Below, in pieces: positions 60,242 to 64,000 of a DNA stretch of 64,000 nucleotides; the stretch's first letter is position 1, and every line of letters starts with the position of its first letter. The position numbers and the translations under genes are program-made. This DNA comes from an uncultured bacterium (GTDB lineage: Bacteria > Spirochaetota > UBA4802 > JAGODF01), in contig CAKZSV010000031.1 of assembly GCA_937921485.1 (NCBI GenBank), positions 6,437 through 70,436 on the forward strand, in the 5' to 3' direction. The notes under the pieces are model-generated. The model did no database searches and was not told where the DNA came from. It worked only from the letters and a program-made list of their open reading frames with translations.

Positions 60242-62254
60242 TCATTTTGGAAAAATATCCAGAATCACCATCTGCGGATATCTCCTGCCATTAAAACTTA
60301 CTGCTTCAAGGCGATACACAAGATTCAGCGCCTGCGCCGAAGCATATTGCTCCATGAGGTCCCCCATATTCCAGCCTACTGCTTCAGCTTCACAATTGTC
60401 TCTGAAGAGATATTTCCCGTGCCTGCCGTCAGCGCCTATTCGGAGAAATTTTTTAATCACCATATTCCTCGTGAGAAATACCGGCTCTTCATTGCCTTTT
60501 CCGGTTGGTTCCAGAAGTTCCATGCTCTCGGCCGCTTCAATAGTGATATCATGGATATCGAGCACGCAGTCAATCGAATCCAGCGGCGATTGGTAATTGC
60601 TATCGGATACAGCTTGCGAAATTTTTTTAACTGCCTCATCGAGCAATATTTCATTTATGGTAAAACCAAATGCCTGCGCGTGGCCGCCGATTTTTCCGAA
60701 AAGAGGCGCAAGGTCTGATATTTTAGAAAAAAAATCATAATCTCCCCTGACCCTTCCGCTTCCTTTTACCACCCCGTTTTCATCCGGACGGGAAACGACA
60801 ATTACGGGTTTTTTCAAAACATCCGAAACACGGTTTGCAATCAACCCGATCACTCCTTCCGGCAAATCGGCCTTCACAAAGACGATCTCTGAAGATGTAT
60901 CAATATTCCCGTTTTCAATTAATTCAGAAATCCTGGCGAATTCATTATCCACCATTTCCCGCCGCTTAGTGTTGAGGCCCAATATTTCTTCAAGGATCTC
61001 CCTGTGACCTCGGCCATCTGCTCCCAACAGGAACTCGGCGGTGCAATCGGTCTTGCCCATCCTGCCGGGCGCATTCAGAATCGGGGCAACATGCCAGCCG
61101 AGCGTTTTGCTCGTTACTTTTTTATTATTCAGCAGAAGCGATAACCCTTCATGCGGGGTGCTTTTGAGAGCTTCAAGCCCCATGCGGACAAGTATTCTGT
61201 TTTCATTCACAAGAGGAACAATATCAGCAATAGAACCGAGAGCGACAAGACCGAGAATGGAATTGTTAAATTCAATTATTCGCGGTGATTTCCTGTATTG
61301 AAGTTCTCTGAATGCGCAAACAGCGGCGTCTATGCTATTTCCCTTGATTCGATGATAATCTTGTCCGCTGGAAAGATTTTGATTCACGTTTAATAACGAT
61401 TTCAGTTCTTCTTCAATATCTACATGTTTTAATGTGTTTTTACGCAGTATATCGCCGCAATGATACCCCATCAGGTAATCGGCATCATTAGCCCGATTTG
61501 AAATATCTTTTTCATTTGCACACGAACCTGACCATAGGACTACCCCATTTAGAATCAATGCCATTTCAAAATGCGAGCGGCTCTGCGTCACAATAAGAAA
61601 TTTTTTTGAAAATGCGGGCACGTAACTCATAAGGACTGCATGGCAAAATTTAAAAACTACGCCAACGCCCGCCAGTTCCTTAAAAGGGTATTTGCAGTCC
61701 TTTCGTTTCGGATTCACAACCAGAGATCGTGGCAGTTCACCTTCCGCTTCGTGATGGTCGATGACGAGCGCATCGATCCCCTTCTCGGCAGCATAGGCGA
61801 TTTCCGCCACGTCCTTTGTCCCGCAATCCAGCGTTATGAGAAATGTCACATTTTTTTCATGGAATTCATCAATGACATCTTTCGTGAGACCATAATACTC
61901 ATTCCCGCGGGGATAGCGGAAATGAACATGTGCACCGGGCGAAATCCGCTGAATGAGCGTCATCAGCGCGGCGAGGGAGGTAAGCCCGTCGAGATCGGAG
62001 TCGGCAAACACTGCGATTGTTTCTTTTAGTTCGATGGCTTTTTTGAAGCGCACCACCGCATTTTCCATATCCTTCATCAAAAAAGGGCTATGCAGGAGGG
62101 TAATTGAAGGTTGCAGAAATGCAAGGGCATCTTCGGCTTTCCTTATTCCACGCGATGAAAGCACATCTGCCAGAGGTTTCGGAATGCCAAGAGATTGTAC
62201 AAAGCCCCGTGATGCTTCCGCATCCGCTTCCCGTATTGCCCAGCGTTTATTCAT
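60242..62254 (-). CDS. recJ: Single-stranded-DNA-specific exonuclease RecJ (DHH / DHHA1 phosphoesterase).
   Basis: DHH motifs (DSDLDGLTS; LVIDHHE), DHHA1 GGHAQAFG, and a C-terminal OB-like region. Confidence 0.8.
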   Translation of the reverse strand: MNKRWAIREADAEASRGFVQSLGIPKPLADVLSSRGIRKAEDALAFLQPSITLLHSPFLMKDMENAVVRFKKAIELKETIAVFADSDLDGLTSLAALMTLIQRISPGAHVHFRYPRGNEYYGLTKDVIDEFHEKNVTFLITLDCGTKDVAEIAYAAEKGIDALVIDHHEAEGELPRSLVVNPKRKDCKYPFKELAGVGVVFKFCHAVLMSYVPAFSKKFLIVTQSRSHFEMALILNGVVLWSGSCANEKDISNRANDADYLMGYHCGDILRKNTLKHVDIEEELKSLLNVNQNLSSGQDYHRIKGNSIDAAVCAFRELQYRKSPRIIEFNNSILGLVALGSIADIVPLVNENRILVRMGLEALKSTPHEGLSLLLNNKKVTSKTLGWHVAPILNAPGRMGKTDCTAEFLLGADGRGHREILEEILGLNTKRREMVDNEFARISELIENGNIDTSSEIVFVKADLPEGVIGLIANRVSDVLKKPVIVVSRPDENGVVKGSGRVRGDYDFFSKISDLAPLFGKIGGHAQAFGFTINEILLDEAVKKISQAVSDSNYQSPLDSIDCVLDIHDITIEAAESMELLEPTGKGNEEPVFLTRNMVIKKFLRIGADGRHGKYLFRDNCEAEAVGWNMGDLMEQYASAQALNLVYRLEAVSFNGRRYPQMVILDIFPK

Positions 62255-62259
62255 TTGTG

Positions 62260-62922
62260 TTATTGTCCCGCAGAGGCTTTTTTAGCTAAAAAGTCGGCTT
62301 TTTGATTTTGTTCGCGCGGAACATACTCAACTTTTACAGAGGGTATTTTTTTCATGAGTTCCGTTACCTGTTCAAAAAGAGGAATGAGCCCTTCGTGTTT
62401 CACCCTGTACTGCCCGTTTATCTGGCGGACAACGAGTTCTGAATCGGTGCGCACCCTCACGCTTTTCGCCTGAAAATAGACGGCTATTTTAAGCGCACGG
62501 ATGACCGCGCTGTATTCGGCAATATTGTTGGTGGTTTCTCCAACGTATTGCGAGACCTTTCCCACCTGGCGGTCCTGTGCATCAAAAATCACGATACCAA
62601 TCCCCGCCGGTCCGGGATTTCCGCTTGATGCGCCGTCGGTATAAAATGTTAGCGATGCTCCCACCGGCATAGCCGAGAGTTCAGCGCCCGATAGCAGTTC
62701 ATCCTTGACGGGTAGTTGCCGGTTTCGATCACTGCCTTGCGCGGCCTTTTTTAATAGCACTTTCTTTTTTGCTCTTGGTCCGTCATGCTGGAGTACAATT
62801 TTCCGCGCCTCTTCGATGAGCGCATGCACCTCTTCAACGGCAACGCCGGCGTTTTCTGCAATTTTTTCAGCAGATTTACCTTCCGCAAGCATCTTCAATA
62901 CGCGATCGATGTTTAACAGCAT
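62260..62922 (-). CDS. RNase H (RNase HI fold) with an ~80-aa N-terminal extension.
   Basis: RNase H core (FYTDGASSGNPGPAGIGIV…NNIAEYSAVIRAL…TDSELVVRQING), with the acidic catalytic residues in the conserved order. Confidence 0.7.
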   Translation of the reverse strand: MLLNIDRVLKMLAEGKSAEKIAENAGVAVEEVHALIEEARKIVLQHDGPRAKKKVLLKKAAQGSDRNRQLPVKDELLSGAELSAMPVGASLTFYTDGASSGNPGPAGIGIVIFDAQDRQVGKVSQYVGETTNNIAEYSAVIRALKIAVYFQAKSVRVRTDSELVVRQINGQYRVKHEGLIPLFEQVTELMKKIPSVKVEYVPREQNQKADFLAKKASAGQ

Positions 62923-63011
62923 TTGTGTAATCCTTATGAAATAGTGGTTTATATAGAATACGGCACAATTCGGACTGATTGAAAAATCTTCTCTTCCAGC
63001 TTCCGTAATTC

Positions 63012-63719
63012 CTAATTGTTTTTCTGGTAAATAAATCTACCGCAGTTGGTGCAATTCATGACCTTGTTTCCCGATGCTGCCTCCATGACGATATGCACCG
63101 GAATCGACGTATGGCACGCACCGCATGCCTCTCCCTCAAGAGGGGCGATCGCCTTCCCTTCTTTCGACTTTATGGTTTTATCAAAGCGGGATTTTATCTC
63201 CGGAGATAATTTTCCAAGCCCTTCATTGAACTGCGCCAGAAGGTCGTTGCTTTCATTCTCGCATGCTTGAATTTTTGACTTCAGATATTCTACATCATTG
63301 CGGGCCTTCGGCTCCTGCTCATGGAGGCTTGTTTCCAGCTCTTGTAGTTTTTTCTGAAGTTCTGAAGCCGCTTCCATCAATTCAATCACACGCGTTTCAA
63401 TTTCGTCTTTTTCCGCACTTGCCGCCGCAATCTCATTTTTGAGCGCCGAAAGCTCCTTTTCAGTTTTTATCGCATCACGGCGCTGGTTCAATTTTTTAAG
63501 TTTCTCCTCAACTTCATACATCTTTTTTTCGCCGGAACGAGTATCCAGCTCGTTTTTTGTAATTTGCTCTTTAAGCTGCGAAATTTCTTTTTTAGCATCA
63601 GAAATTTTCTTTTCCCAAAATGCAATTGACTTCTCGTGATGAGCGATTTCCGCTTCAAGCGTCATCTTTCTGTCCCACAACCCCTGCAGGTCAATCATTA
63701 TTCCAATATCTTTATTCAT
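63012..63719 (-). CDS. COG1579-type coiled-coil protein with a C-terminal C4 zinc ribbon.
   Basis: Long coiled-coil region followed by CGACHTSIP…CTNCGRFI. This family commonly neighbours RNase H genes. Confidence 0.7.
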   Translation of the reverse strand: MNKDIGIMIDLQGLWDRKMTLEAEIAHHEKSIAFWEKKISDAKKEISQLKEQITKNELDTRSGEKKMYEVEEKLKKLNQRRDAIKTEKELSALKNEIAAASAEKDEIETRVIELMEAASELQKKLQELETSLHEQEPKARNDVEYLKSKIQACENESNDLLAQFNEGLGKLSPEIKSRFDKTIKSKEGKAIAPLEGEACGACHTSIPVHIVMEAASGNKVMNCTNCGRFIYQKNN

Positions 63720-63747
63720 GCACTCTCCCGTAAAATTCTACCGCCTA

Positions 63748-63993
63748 TTACTTTTCCTTTTTCTCCTTCATAATCGAAAGAATTTCCTTGAGATTGAGAA
63801 GCTCTTCGCCGTACTTCGCCCAATTGCCTTCACGCTGAAATTTCTCAGCCTGTATGAAATGATAGTACGCCTTGCGCGCATAGGATTCAAGCGATTCGCT
63901 TTTTCCTCCTGCCGCATCACCCGGAGTTTTCCATGAGCGCTTTCCTGAAAAAATGCTCTCCAGCGCCTGCTCAAGATTCTCCTCCATCACCAC
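63748..63993 (-). CDS. Hypothetical small protein (81 aa).
   Basis: ORF upstream of the COG1579 gene on the same strand. No recognisable motif. Confidence 0.35.
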   Translation of the reverse strand: MVMEENLEQALESIFSGKRSWKTPGDAAGGKSESLESYARKAYYHFIQAEKFQREGNWAKYGEELLNLKEILSIMKEKKEK

Positions 63994-64000
63994 CTTATCC

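Noticed and set aside
60242-63719. DHH nuclease + RNase H + zinc-ribbon coiled-coil cluster, considered as a candidate anti-phage defence system.
   Set aside because: The DHH protein has the full RecJ architecture. RNase H with a COG1579 zinc-ribbon neighbour is a widely conserved core-genome pairing. Nothing suggests an accessory defence island.

Overview
This 64 kb window is a gene-dense bacterial chromosomal segment (about 90% coding, roughly 47% GC). There are no rRNA or tRNA genes and no CRISPR array. The gene content suggests an anaerobic, motile, chemotactic organism: three methyl-accepting chemotaxis proteins (MCPs), a PilZ protein, ExbB-ExbD-TonB, the fused B12-dependent mutase IcmF, and a fused cobA-hemD next to hemC. 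I cannot assign a taxon from sequence alone.

Recognisable housekeeping blocks are:
- a livHMGF branched-chain amino-acid ABC transporter core without a binding-protein gene, followed by a phenylacetate-CoA-ligase-like gene;
- a same-strand run of CoA-transferase, pncA, pncB, a 7TM-DISM AraC regulator, a Sir2 deacetylase and mutL;
- topA followed by a Xer-type recombinase;
- hemC and cobA/hemD;
- IcmF;
- guaA and purE;
- a GntR regulator with a propionate/acetate-CoA ligase;
- RecJ, RNase H and a COG1579 zinc-ribbon protein.

The most unusual signal is a structured ~120 bp element present in two ~95% identical copies 40 kb apart (14691-14811 and 55356-55474). It forms an 8 bp hairpin plus a nested 7 bp + 12 bp hairpin, and all differences between the copies fall in loops. 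The second copy appears to have truncated the 5' end of a membrane-protein gene.

Other points of interest:
- a 67-codon relic of a GlpT/UhpT-type transporter N-terminus;
- a translationally coupled pair of paralogous secreted proteins of unknown function;
- an MCP followed by a small CxxCH (c-type heme) membrane protein that may be a redox or gas sensor partner;
- a secreted zinc-dependent phospholipase C / P1-nuclease-like enzyme coupled to a small secreted partner;
- a 5'-nucleotidase with a C-terminal sorting-signal-like tail.

All functional calls come from motif-level reading of the translated ORFs. No database searches were run.
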